Source: Escherichia coli
GTDB taxonomy: Bacteria > Pseudomonadota > Gammaproteobacteria > Enterobacterales > Enterobacteriaceae
Assembly: GCF_029227855.1 (NCBI RefSeq)
Contig: NZ_CP074356.1
Reading direction: 5' to 3' (one strand)
Length of the DNA: 64,000 bases
The notes under the pieces were generated by a model. The model worked only from the letters and a program-made list of their open reading frames with translations. It was not told where the DNA came from and ran no database searches. This document shows, in pieces, positions 25,184 to 35,316 of this stretch; position 1 is the stretch's first letter, and every line of letters starts with the position of its first letter. The position numbers and the translations under genes were made by a program.

Positions 25184-27583
25184 ATGGCAGCAGTAAAAAT
25201 CTCAGGTGTGCTGAAAGATGGTGCGGGAAAACCAATACAGAACTGCACTATTCAACTGAAGGCAAAGCGTAACAGCACCACGGTACTGGTGAACACGGTG
25301 GCCTCTGAAAATCCGGATGAAGCCGGGCGTTACAGCATGGATGTTGAGTATGGCCAGTACAGCGTCACCCTGCTGGTTGAAGGTTTTCCGCCTTCGCATG
25401 CCGGGACCATTACCGTCTATGAAGGTTCCAGACCAGGTACGCTGAATGATTTTCTCGGTGCCATGACGGAAGAGGATGTCATGCCGGAGGCATTGCGCCG
25501 TTTTGAGGAAATGGTGGAAGAAGCGGCACGCAACGCCGAAGCCGCCTCTCAGAGCGCAGCGGCGGCAAAGAAATCCGAAACGGCTGCGGCATCATCGAAG
25601 AACGCGGCGAAAACCTCAGAAACGAATGCAGCTAATAGTGCACAGGCGGCAGCGACCTCAAAGACTGCATCGGCAAACTCCGCGACAGCAGCCAAAAAAT
25701 CAGAAACCAACGCGAAAAATAGCGAGACAGCCGCAAAGACGAGCGAAACCAACGCAAAGTCCAGCCAGACGGCAGCGAAAACCAGCGAAACGAATGCCAA
25801 AGCCAGTGAAACTGCGGCAAAAAACAGCCAGGTTGCAGCAGCCCAAAGCGAGAGCGCGGCAGCCGGTTCTGCGACTTCAGCAGCTGGATCAGCAACTGCT
25901 GCGGCTAACAGCCAGAAAGCTGCGAAGACGAGTGAAACTAACGCAAAGTCCAGCCAGACGGCAGCGAAGACCAGCGAAACGAATGCCAAAGCCAGCGAAA
26001 CTGCGGCGAAAAACAGCCAGGTTGCAGCAGCCCAAAGCGAGAGCGCGGCAGCTGGTTCTGCAAGCGCGGCGGCTGCTTCTGCCACTGCATCAGCCAACAG
26101 TCAAAAAGCGGCAAAAACCAGTGAAACCAATGCAAAGACAAGCGAGACTGCAGCGGCGAACTCGGCGAAAGCATCGGCAGCAAGCCAGACAGCAGCTAAA
26201 GCAAGTGAAGACGCAGCCAGAGAGTATGCAAGTCAGGCAGCAGAGCCGTATAAATATGTCTTACAGCCACTGCCTGATGTGTGGATACCGTTTAACGATT
26301 CACTGGATATGATTACGGGCTTTTCGCCGTCATATAAAAAAATTGTTATTGGTGATGATGAAATAACGATGCCTGGCGACAAGGTTGTTAAGTTTAAACG
26401 CGCATCAACTGCCACATATATCAATAAATCAGGCGTATTTAGTGTTGCTAAAATTGATGAGCCACGATTTGAAAAAGAAGGTTTATTGATTGAAGGACAG
26501 CGCACTAACTATTTTGTTAAATCCAATACTCCCGCTGAATGGACGAGTACCAGCAATATCGATAAAACTAATAATGGTGTTGATGAATTTGGTTTTTCAT
26601 ATGCCAAAATGCGAACAAAAGATAATATGACAGGACAATCATCTGCACTTAGTCTGCATACATGCAGTGCATCCCGGGGGATTGATGTTAGTGGCGATAA
26701 TAAGTATTGCACTGTTTCATGCAGGGTTAAAGCTCCTGATGGTCTTCGTTGTCGTTTGCGTTTTGAAAAATACGATGGGTCGGTTTATACATTTTTAGGA
26801 GATGCTTATTTAACTTTCGGAACTCTGATAATAGAAAAAACTGGCGGAGCAGCCAATAGAATAGCAGCTACTGCAACTAAAGATCCGGTTACAGGGTGGA
26901 TTTTCTATGAGGCAACTATAGAAGCTGTTGAAGGTGAAGCCTTAATTGGCGCAATGATTCAGTATGCGCCGAAAAAAGGTGGTATAACTGAAGCGGGAGA
27001 TTATATTTACCTTGCAACACCACAATTTGAAAACGGCGGATGTGCTTCATCTTTTGTTATTACGACAACTGCACCCGCAACCCGCTCCAGTGATATGGTG
27101 ACGATCCCAACTGAAAATAATATCTATAATAGACCGCTTACGTGTCTTGTCGAGGTCAATAGAAATTGGGGCGATATTCCTCCTAATGTAGCACCGCGTA
27201 TTTTTGATTTTTCTGGTGTGCCACCTATTGAGTCAATTACATACGCTTTTAACACAACTGAGAAATATTACGGTCAGCTTTATATACAAACTTATAAAGC
27301 GTCGACAAGTACTTACGTTTCTAGTGTGTTTGCTGGTCGAACTGATGTTCGAAAATTCATTGGTGGTTTTAATATTTATTCTGATGGTACTAAACGAGTA
27401 GTTTCTAACGGTGAGGCTACTAAAACTATGAAAACGGAGTGGACGGGCGTAAAAACACGGACCTTTATTCGAATTGGAGGTCAAGCCACATCGGGAACTC
27501 GTCATCTATTCGGCCATTTGAGAAATCTTCGTCTCTGGCATAAAGAATTAACTGATGCGCAAATGGGGGAGAGTATTAAATGA
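25184..27583 (+). CDS. stf: Side tail fibre, mosaic (lambda Stf-like N-terminus, unrelated AT-richer C-terminal domain)
   Basis: MAAVKISGVLKDGAGKPIQNCTIQLKAKRNSTT...GRYSMDVEYGQYSV matches the lambda Stf N-terminus. An Ala/Ser/Thr-rich repeat region follows. From about 26230 a different domain ends ...GTRHLFGHLRNLRLWHKELTDAQMGESIK (LamG/concanavalin-like feel). Confidence 0.85.
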   Translation: MAAVKISGVLKDGAGKPIQNCTIQLKAKRNSTTVLVNTVASENPDEAGRYSMDVEYGQYSVTLLVEGFPPSHAGTITVYEGSRPGTLNDFLGAMTEEDVMPEALRRFEEMVEEAARNAEAASQSAAAAKKSETAAASSKNAAKTSETNAANSAQAAATSKTASANSATAAKKSETNAKNSETAAKTSETNAKSSQTAAKTSETNAKASETAAKNSQVAAAQSESAAAGSATSAAGSATAAANSQKAAKTSETNAKSSQTAAKTSETNAKASETAAKNSQVAAAQSESAAAGSASAAAASATASANSQKAAKTSETNAKTSETAAANSAKASAASQTAAKASEDAAREYASQAAEPYKYVLQPLPDVWIPFNDSLDMITGFSPSYKKIVIGDDEITMPGDKVVKFKRASTATYINKSGVFSVAKIDEPRFEKEGLLIEGQRTNYFVKSNTPAEWTSTSNIDKTNNGVDEFGFSYAKMRTKDNMTGQSSALSLHTCSASRGIDVSGDNKYCTVSCRVKAPDGLRCRLRFEKYDGSVYTFLGDAYLTFGTLIIEKTGGAANRIAATATKDPVTGWIFYEATIEAVEGEALIGAMIQYAPKKGGITEAGDYIYLATPQFENGGCASSFVITTTAPATRSSDMVTIPTENNIYNRPLTCLVEVNRNWGDIPPNVAPRIFDFSGVPPIESITYAFNTTEKYYGQLYIQTYKASTSTYVSSVFAGRTDVRKFIGGFNIYSDGTKRVVSNGEATKTMKTEWTGVKTRTFIRIGGQATSGTRHLFGHLRNLRLWHKELTDAQMGESIK
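25731..26108 (+). repeat. 189-bp (63-codon) tandem duplication inside stf
   Basis: AAKTSETNAKSSQTAAKTSETNAKASETAAKNSQVAAAQSESAAAGSA occurs twice. The DNA copies are offset by exactly 189 bp (for example AAGAC at 25736 and 25925). Confidence 0.85.
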
Positions 27584-27861
27584 AAGATTTAACACTCAAA
27601 TTTGCAGACAGGGCCGACTTTTCGGCCTTTATGGAGAGCATTGGCTATTATGATGACGAGTCGATGCAGGATGATATTCTTATTGACGTGATAGGTAATG
27701 TGTACAAAGAAACCGGAGAACTGACTGAAGATGGCGAACCGGTATGTGTTAAGGAAGACGGATATTTTGTAAACGTGCGCATCATTAATGATTCGCAAAT
27801 ATCGTCAATATTCGATGAATACGTGGTTGCTGTTGAGCATCAACTTCGTGGCTGGATGTGA
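27580..27861 (+). CDS. Hypothetical protein (fibre-module accessory)
   Basis: 93 aa. ATGA overlap with the stf stop. Confidence 0.55.
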   Translation: MKDLTLKFADRADFSAFMESIGYYDDESMQDDILIDVIGNVYKETGELTEDGEPVCVKEDGYFVNVRIINDSQISSIFDEYVVAVEHQLRGWM

Positions 27862-27870
27862 GGAAGAAAA

Positions 27871-28911
27871 ATGGCTACATCGACAGTAATTCCTGATGAC
27901 ATCAAAACGCTAAAATCCGACGTTAGCAAATTAAAAAACGATCAAGGAAGCTACGCAACAAAATTATATGTAGACAGCAAAGATGAAATCGTTGGTGACT
28001 GGTCTGTTTCATGGTATCAGCAGGTATTGCCAACTAGCGGAGCTATATTTGGGAGAAAACTCCGCTCAACTCACAGGACGGCAGGTGTTGAGGATGCGTA
28101 TTGCGAACTATACCTCAAAAAATGGATAGACAGTCCAGGTAACGCAATGGCGCGCCTTAACCTGAACGATAACGGGACAAACATTTGCTGGGACTTTACC
28201 AACCTTTATGGCGGTACGATGATTTTTCCCGGTGACAGCGGATACCTCAAAATGGGTAACTGCCTTATGTCATACAGCAAGCGTGGAAGTAACGCGCTTA
28301 TTAAATTTGATTACACCGACACATTACAGATCAAATATGCCAATCATGGGTCAACCATGACATTAAACACACAGGGAACCGCTTATGCTGGTGTTACTGC
28401 TCAATTGTGGGGCAACTCCAGCCGTCCTGTTGTTTATGAAGTCGGTGTTGATGGTGGCGCTTATATGTTCTATGCGCAGAAAAATACCGATAACACCTAT
28501 ATGTTAAGCGTTAATGGTGCATGTCATGCCACCGCATTTAACCAGCATTCCGACCGGGATCTGAAAGACAACATTCAGGTGATCGATAATGCAACCGACC
28601 GCATCCGTAAAATGAACGGCTATACATACACGCTTAAAGAAAACGGTATGCCCTATGCTGGTGTCATTGCACAGGAAGCTCTGGAAGCAATCCCAGAAGT
28701 TGTAGGTTCCGCAATGAAATATCAGGACGGTGCGAGCGGATCGGAAGGTGAAGAAGGTGAACGTTATTACACAGTAGATTATTCTGGTGTTACTGGCTTG
28801 CTTGTTCAGGTAGCCAGAGAGTCAGACGACAGAATAACAGCACTGGAAGAAGAAAACGCAGAATTAAGACAAAGATTATCTGCAATTGATGCGGCGCTTG
28901 CGTCTAAATAA
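27871..28911 (+). CDS. Tail fibre/spike protein with a C-terminal intramolecular chaperone (peptidase S74-type) domain
   Basis: 346 aa. SDRDLKDNIQVIDNATDRIRKMNGYTYTLKENGMPYAGVIAQEALEAIPEVV...YYTVDYSGVTGLLVQVARE... plus a terminal coiled coil resembles the endosialidase/T5 L-shaped-fibre chaperone domain. Confidence 0.75.
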   Translation: MATSTVIPDDIKTLKSDVSKLKNDQGSYATKLYVDSKDEIVGDWSVSWYQQVLPTSGAIFGRKLRSTHRTAGVEDAYCELYLKKWIDSPGNAMARLNLNDNGTNICWDFTNLYGGTMIFPGDSGYLKMGNCLMSYSKRGSNALIKFDYTDTLQIKYANHGSTMTLNTQGTAYAGVTAQLWGNSSRPVVYEVGVDGGAYMFYAQKNTDNTYMLSVNGACHATAFNQHSDRDLKDNIQVIDNATDRIRKMNGYTYTLKENGMPYAGVIAQEALEAIPEVVGSAMKYQDGASGSEGEEGERYYTVDYSGVTGLLVQVARESDDRITALEEENAELRQRLSAIDAALASK

Positions 28912-28917
28912 TATTAA

Positions 28918-28937
28918 GGGGCCGAGCGCCCCGTTTT
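28918..28937 (+). terminator. Rho-independent terminator after the fibre gene
   Basis: GGGGC (28918-28922) pairs with GCCCC (28928-28932), followed by GTTTT. Confidence 0.6.
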
Positions 28938-28953
28938 ATTGGGTAGGATGAAA

Positions 28954-29247
28954 ATGGATATAACACCTTTCCTTCATGCGCTTTGTGCTGTGGCTGCGCA
29001 GCTACTGATTGGTCTTTTTACCGGGAACTGGGCTTACGGGGCGATAGCCGGTTGTACGTTCTTCATTGCGCGTGAACACACCCAGGCAGAATATCGCTGG
29101 ATCGAAATGTTCGGGCATGGCAAGCGAATGAATATGCCGTGGTGGGGCGGTTTTGATCCACGCGCGTGGGATGTGGCAAGCCTGATGGATTTTGCTGTGC
29201 CGGTGGTGGCGTGTCTGCTGGTCTGGCTGTTGGTTAATCGTGGGTGA
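28954..29247 (+). CDS. Small predicted inner-membrane protein, function unknown
   Basis: About 97 aa with 2-3 hydrophobic segments ([45 protein letters not shown]). The start is ambiguous (28948 or 28954). Confidence 0.55.
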   Translation: MDITPFLHALCAVAAQLLIGLFTGNWAYGAIAGCTFFIAREHTQAEYRWIEMFGHGKRMNMPWWGGFDPRAWDVASLMDFAVPVVACLLVWLLVNRG

Positions 29248-29257
29248 AAAAAGGTGG

Positions 29258-29386
29258 GCTGTATATGCAACGGAGGAAGAAACCACGTTGCTGGAAGCCT
29301 GGAAGAAGTATCGGGTGTTGCTGAACCGTGTTAATACAACAACTGCACCGGATATTGAATGGCCAACAGTACCCATTATCGAATAG
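29258..29386 (+). pseudogene. tfa: Tail fibre assembly protein (Tfa) C-terminal remnant
   Basis: [39 protein letters not shown] matches the conserved Tfa C-terminus. There is no matching N-terminal part or plausible start. Confidence 0.6.
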
Positions 29387-29459
29387 TGCATTACGAACTG
29401 CAGGATATTATATGGGATAATATTCTGCAGTTTATTGGGGCTGTATTTTAAAAAGGTGT

Positions 29460-30791
29460 TTATTTTGAGTGAATTATCACCTTGTTTTTTCCGGTTCTTT
29501 TGGCTTGATATAACGCTTTGTCGGCATTGACTAACATTTCAGATGGACTGAGATTATTCTCTTTTGAAGCAAAGCAACCAATACTGACAGTTATTTTCTC
29601 AGGTCCATGCGATAATAATTTTTCCGAGCATTGCTCTTCAATGTTTTTTCTGATTCGCTCTGCAATTGATAGCAAGAGTTTTTGAGTATTACCTTTAATG
29701 ATAATACCGAACTCCTCACCGCCTAAGCGCCCTAATATATCCTCTTTCCTGATGGATTTTTTTATTATTCTGGTAACCATTACTATGACTTGATCACCCA
29801 TATGATGCCCCCATTTGTCATTGATGCTTTTGAAACTGTCAATATCTAACATTATTACTGAGAAATCATGGTGTTTTGATATATTCTTCAATGAGTCAAT
29901 AAAGTATCTTCTATTGTATGTATTCGTTAGTGGATCATGAATTGCCATATGATTAGCATGATTTAATTTCCTGAAAACATAATACATGAGTGTTGAAATG
30001 ATATAAATCATTGATATCAATTCAAGAAATTTTGTCATGTACCATGCAGGATGGGATTTATCAATAAAATACAATAAAATTAGATTATTGCATACTGACA
30101 CTATACTAATAAGTATTATACACAACCATATTTTTGAGTAATTACGTATGCTGATGCATGAGCTGATAAGTAATACAAGCCAAAATACTGATATTATTTT
30201 GGTGTACACGATATTCCACGTCGACAAATGACGATTCAGCGAGTATTGTATAATATTAAGACTATATTTTATATGGTCACTGCTTAGATTTTTTGCTACA
30301 AACGGAGTAATAAAAAGAATTAATATTGACAAAACAACAATTATTATGTTTCTTTTATCTTCTAAAATACTTTTATTTTTAACATTGGTGGAATAAACAG
30401 CCAGAAAGATTATAGATATAAAGCTGAACTGACGGAATAGATAATATATTGCGATATCATTTGATTTCTGATAGATTGTAGATAAATCGTTACCTAACGG
30501 AGATAAAGAAATAATAGCCACTTCTAATAAATAATACGTGTTGCTCAAAAACGCGAATGAAAGAATTAAGAGATAACTTTGTCTCTGATTAGAAACATAG
30601 TAAAGCAATAGAAAAATAAAAATCATCAGGTTTATGAAAAAAAGCCCAATAATGAAAACACTATAACTTATTTGTGTTGTTTGTGTTATGTATATTCCAT
30701 TATTTTCATGCAGTAACAAAAATATAATAGAGATGCATGAAAATAAAAAGATGAAGATTTTTATTTTTATAGGTACCTGGTTGATAATCAT
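29460..30791 (-). CDS. Membrane-bound GGDEF diguanylate cyclase (AT-rich prophage-end cargo)
   Basis: 443 aa. About 8 TM segments, then HDPLTNTYNRRYF...DIDSFKSINDKWGHHMGDQV...GRLGGEEFGIII...ADKALYQAKRTGKNKV (intact GGEEF). Very AT-rich. Confidence 0.85.
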   Translation of the reverse strand: MIINQVPIKIKIFIFLFSCISIIFLLLHENNGIYITQTTQISYSVFIIGLFFINLMIFIFLLLYYVSNQRQSYLLILSFAFLSNTYYLLEVAIISLSPLGNDLSTIYQKSNDIAIYYLFRQFSFISIIFLAVYSTNVKNKSILEDKRNIIIVVLSILILFITPFVAKNLSSDHIKYSLNIIQYSLNRHLSTWNIVYTKIISVFWLVLLISSCISIRNYSKIWLCIILISIVSVCNNLILLYFIDKSHPAWYMTKFLELISMIYIISTLMYYVFRKLNHANHMAIHDPLTNTYNRRYFIDSLKNISKHHDFSVIMLDIDSFKSINDKWGHHMGDQVIVMVTRIIKKSIRKEDILGRLGGEEFGIIIKGNTQKLLLSIAERIRKNIEEQCSEKLLSHGPEKITVSIGCFASKENNLSPSEMLVNADKALYQAKRTGKNKVIIHSK

Positions 30792-31050
30792 GTACGCACC
30801 TGAGAATGATATATATATAATATGTATCGCTACAAATAACGATAATTTCTTACTGGTGATAGTATACTATTATTCTGGTTAATCGCTGTCAAATTGATGA
30901 TTTTGGTTAGTATTGCAATAGCGAAGGGTTTGATCCGGTAAGACTGGCTAGGCAAGGCTATACCAAAAAATCAGTGTAGGTTCAGAAAACGATGCACCAT
31001 ACAATCATCAATAATTTCAAATTGTCCATTGTGCATAAATCATAAAGAAA

Positions 31051-31085
31051 ACCGCAGCACGTCGTATGCAAGAACGTGCTGCGGT
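31051..31085 (-). terminator. 12-bp perfect-stem hairpin with a T-rich tail on the minus strand
   Basis: ACCGCAGCACGT (31051-31062) pairs with ACGTGCTGCGGT (31074-31085). On the minus strand it is followed by TTTCTTTATGAT. No obvious upstream gene. Confidence 0.35.
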
Positions 31086-31383
31086 TGGCTGGTGAGCTTT
31101 CGATAGTGCGAGTATTGAATGATTTCCAGACGTTACCGATTTTATATAACTGCAGTGGAATTATTCAACACACAGGCAAAACGGAATAAGCTGAGAAAAA
31201 AGCGTGCTTTCCCAATCTGGGGCAAATCACGTCTGAATGACACCTGAAAACAGGTGGTAGCCTCAAGAAGGCTTGGAATATTCTTCTTTAATGTTATGTA
31301 ATTCATTGATTTTTCTTGTACGATTTTAAGACATTTATTCCAAGAAAAATTTTTAACTCTTTGATTTTTCGACTCTGTATCAT

Positions 31384-31445
31384 CGGTCTCGAAAACCGGA
31401 GTAGGGGCAACTCTACCGGGGGTTCAAATCCCCCTCTCTCCGCCA
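31384..31445 (+). tRNA. serU: 3' 62-nt fragment of tRNA-Ser (serU-like), probable prophage attR core and not a functional tRNA
   Basis: CGGTCTCGAAAACCGGAGTAGGGGCAACTCTACCGGGGGTTCAAATCCCCCTCTCTCCGCCA covers the anticodon-stem 3' side, the long variable arm, the T-arm and the acceptor 3' end with CCA. The 5' half (GGAGAGATGCCGGAGCGG...) is absent. Confidence 0.8.
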
Positions 31446-31993
31446 CTTTATCAATGACTTATCTCCCGACTTCCCGCCTTGCTTTTCCTAAACAGAACAA
31501 TCGTAGAATATTCTTGAAGGGTTAGATCGTCACTGTTTTCTGTTCGATACTGTGACATTCAGCACTTGATTCGCTATGGATCTGACAGGAAGGTTTCGAG
31601 CGAAAATCTGCAATTATTCAGTCGTTTTCTTATCGGTCACCATTATTCTTTTAGACATTGATCCTACAAAGCTGCCGCAAAGTTGGTGGTGGGAACTGAA
31701 GTTGCGTAGAGAAGGGGGCAATAATTGAGCAAAAAAAGGAACGCGGCCGTCAGATTAAAGCCGCGGGACAAAGTCCATAATTTCCAAGAGTTGTTGAATT
31801 TCCCAGCTTTTTTGAAAGCCTTTGTATCATACTAACAAGTAAAAAAGGTTTAAATACCAAAATTAACCTATATTTCTGGTTAGCTTTACCATGACAGATG
31901 ACTTGCTCCTGGAGACATTGGCGCAGCCAGTCTGTATTGGTGAGTTGTGTATTTATTGTTCGCCGTTTTCTCAGTTTTTTTCTACAGACGTAA

Positions 31994-32027
31994 TAAAAAA
32001 GACACGTCTCAAGCATGAGCGTGTCTG
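31994..32027 (-). terminator. Rho-independent terminator downstream of zinT
   Basis: AGACACG (32000-32006) pairs with CGTGTCT (32020-32026). A6 at 31995-32000 gives a U-tract on the minus strand. Confidence 0.65.
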
Positions 32028-32114
32028 AGTTTGTCTTATTTATTTGTCTTGGTAAATTATTGTCGTTACTACCAGGCACTGTTCTGTTAAATAATTGAAG
32101 TCAGCGCAAAAAAA

Positions 32115-32765
32115 TCAATGAAACATCATCTCCTCGACCACTTCTTCGCTACTCAACTGATAGGGATAATACGTTGGCCAGTTTTCCATTTCATTTAATA
32201 AAGATTGTTGTGAATCATTACCCATAAAAATGTGAAAATGAGATGATTTTCGTGGTGCATTTATATGATCGCTAAATTGAATATATTTAGGGGCTTTGCT
32301 TTCAGGATCTTTACATTCGAATAAGTAACGAACACCTTTCTTGCCTGATTTATAGGTGAGTATTTTGTATCCATCGTAATCATATTTACAGGATGTTGTT
32401 TCATTATTTCTATGGAATTCAACAATGCCGTCCTCAATGCCAATCATCTCGATATCTGTCACATAACCTTTGCGATAATAATCTTTAATTTCAGCAAATG
32501 TTTTGGTTTTATCTGCATCCGCTTTTTTCTGAAAGACGGGGTCAAGTTTGCCACTTTGCAGTAAAGGATAAACGGATTGCCAGACTCCATCCCAGTCACT
32601 GAGCATTCGATTTTGTACATTGGCATCATCAAAAACACCATTAGCAGCTTTTTGTTCGATCTCTGTTAAAGGTTTGCCGTGTGAGTGATGACCATGCGAA
32701 AAGGCAGGAGCGCTAACAATAAAGACGCCTAAAGCAACAGCCAGTTTATGAAGACGAATCGCCAA
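32115..32765 (-). CDS. zinT: Periplasmic zinc/cadmium-binding protein ZinT (YodA)
   Basis: 216 aa. [35 protein letters not shown]... matches ZinT. Confidence 0.95.
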   Translation of the reverse strand: MAIRLHKLAVALGVFIVSAPAFSHGHHSHGKPLTEIEQKAANGVFDDANVQNRMLSDWDGVWQSVYPLLQSGKLDPVFQKKADADKTKTFAEIKDYYRKGYVTDIEMIGIEDGIVEFHRNNETTSCKYDYDGYKILTYKSGKKGVRYLFECKDPESKAPKYIQFSDHINAPRKSSHFHIFMGNDSQQSLLNEMENWPTYYPYQLSSEEVVEEMMFH

Positions 32766-32801
32766 AACAGTTTCCTCCAGAGTTAATGTATATGATATGT
32801 A

Positions 32802-32818
32802 ATGTTATATTGTAACAT
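32802..32818. promoter_or_regulatory. Zur box in the zinT promoter
   Basis: The palindrome ATGTTA-TATTG-TAACAT lies about 40 bp upstream of the zinT start. zinT is a known Zur regulon member. Confidence 0.65.
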
Positions 32819-32954
32819 ATAACAAAATGCAACAACTCTTAGGAGACAAGAGAATAGTTCTCACAGGTGTGCTTATCTATCTTATTGAAATAAAATAAAT
32901 TATGTCGATGATTTGAGGTTGATGACAAACGAAACATAACTTGATGTGATCTGC

Positions 32955-32990
32955 GTAGGCCGGATAGGGCGCTCGCGCCGCATCCGGCAG
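32955..32990. repeat. REP (repetitive extragenic palindrome) element
   Basis: GTAGGCCGGATAGGGCGCTCGCGCCGCATCCGGCAG is a typical REP sequence. Confidence 0.8.
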
Positions 32991-33021
32991 GGATAACGCG
33001 TACTTTGTCGGCAATATGAAG

Positions 33022-33657
33022 TTATAGAGATAATTTGTTGTGAACCTGCTTGCGTAACCGGTTGAAAAGGGAAAGCAACTTCTTATACCGTAAGGCTAAA
33101 AGCAGTACCGCCAGCCCAGCGTAGATGAGTGGCTGCGGTGAAATAATCTTCACTGACCACAGATAATGTATTGGGGCCAGGATCGCGACAAGATAGACGA
33201 AGTTATGCAACTGTTGCCAGTGCTTGCCGAGTTTTCGCTGCATCGCCTGGGTTGAAGTAAACGCTAAAGCAAGCAAAATAACCCAGCTGATAATTCCTAA
33301 CGTTAAATAAGGCCGGGTAATTAACTCCTTACCTAATAACGCCAGATTATTCACGCCCAGCTCCAGTAATGCGTAACTGGTTAAATGCAGTGTCGCCCAG
33401 GCAAAGCACCATAAGCCTAACAGGCGGCGAGTGCGTATCAATAACGGCTGTTTTGCGTAGCGTGCCAGAGGTGTGATTAACAAGGTCGCCAGCAAAAATT
33501 TCAGTGCAGTGCGACCAGTAAAATGCTGAATATCTTTCACTGGATCGGCACCCAGTCCACCGTGATTGATCGCCCAGACCAGCCAGAGAAACGGCAACAA
33601 TCCGGCAAGATGCAGGCAAACTTTCATCCATGTCACCTGTTTTGCTGTCAGACGCAT
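33022..33657 (-). CDS. msrQ: Methionine sulfoxide reductase heme-binding membrane subunit MsrQ (YedZ)
   Basis: 211 aa. [48 protein letters not shown]... Confidence 0.95.
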   Translation of the reverse strand: MRLTAKQVTWMKVCLHLAGLLPFLWLVWAINHGGLGADPVKDIQHFTGRTALKFLLATLLITPLARYAKQPLLIRTRRLLGLWCFAWATLHLTSYALLELGVNNLALLGKELITRPYLTLGIISWVILLALAFTSTQAMQRKLGKHWQQLHNFVYLVAILAPIHYLWSVKIISPQPLIYAGLAVLLLALRYKKLLSLFNRLRKQVHNKLSL

Positions 33658-34668
<1,011 letters not shown>

Positions 34669-34770
34669 TCACACTTTTTTGTCTTTAGCCAGAAAGAGCC
34701 GTTTACTGTTAATCTGTCAGGGAGTGTCCTCCCTAACAGTAGCAGAGATCTGCTTTTACATATTTATGCA

Positions 34771-35184
34771 TTAACTGCCACGATAGGTTGAATACCCATA
34801 TTGGCTAAGTAATAAAGGCACATGATAATGCTCGTTCACTTTATTAATATGAAATTCAACGGGGATCTCAGGGAAGAAACTTTCAAGATTTTGTTTCTTG
34901 AAATAGTCCCCGGTTTTAAATACGACACGGTAATCGCCCGTAGTCGCAGTTTGCTCGGGCCACAGTGCCTTAATTCGTCCATCCTTATCTGTTTTGGCGG
35001 TATTAAGTTGTAACCAGCCGTTATCCGCTTTCTTTTCAAGAGTGACTGTCACGTCGGCAGCGGGTTTTCCTGTTTGCTGGTTCAAAATGTGCACGCTAAG
35101 AATGTTTTGTTGTGCAGCATAGACCAAAGAAGGTAATGAAAATGCAGCCGTTACTACGGAGAGTACTAAATAACGCTTTAACAT
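34771..35184 (-). CDS. hiuH: 5-hydroxyisourate hydrolase, transthyretin-like (YedX)
   Basis: 137 aa ending ...[19 protein letters not shown]. Confidence 0.93.
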   Translation of the reverse strand: MLKRYLVLSVVTAAFSLPSLVYAAQQNILSVHILNQQTGKPAADVTVTLEKKADNGWLQLNTAKTDKDGRIKALWPEQTATTGDYRVVFKTGDYFKKQNLESFFPEIPVEFHINKVNEHYHVPLLLSQYGYSTYRGS

Positions 35185-35253
35185 GTTTATATCCTTGTCA
35201 TGTGAATGAGTTTTGAGGATAGCGAAAAAACGTCTAGGGTAACCTTACAGCAG

Positions 35254-35271
35254 CATTACAATTTTGTAATG
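35254..35271. promoter_or_regulatory. HprR/CusR-type box in the hiuH-hprR intergenic region
   Basis: Inverted repeat CATTACA-ATTT-TGTAATG. The published HprR/CusR box, as I remember it, is CATTACAAAATTGTAATG. Confidence 0.55.
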
Positions 35272-35316
35272 AACCAGGCTGTTTCTATAACATATGATTT
35301 ATGGCATATTATTTTC

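Noticed and set aside
25476-26312. 278-aa plus-strand (Arg/Gln/Lys-rich) and 182-aa minus-strand (Ala-rich) ORFs, and repeat periodicity that might suggest a CRISPR-like array
   Set aside because: They are alternative frames of the Ala/Ser/Thr-rich repeat region of stf. The repeats are a 189-bp coding duplication plus short SETNAK-type motifs, not a repeat-spacer architecture. No cas genes are present.
31316-31525. 69-aa ORF spanning the tRNA-Ser fragment
   Set aside because: It reads through tRNA sequence, so it is an artefact.
31750-32079. 109-aa minus-strand ORF between the tRNA fragment and zinT
   Set aside because: It overlaps the zinT terminator, has no RBS or recognisable motifs, and does not resemble YodB. 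It is left unannotated.
35206-35316. 37-codon upstream extension of hprR
   Set aside because: It would run through the HprR/CusR box. The response regulator receiver domain starts at MKILLIEDN.
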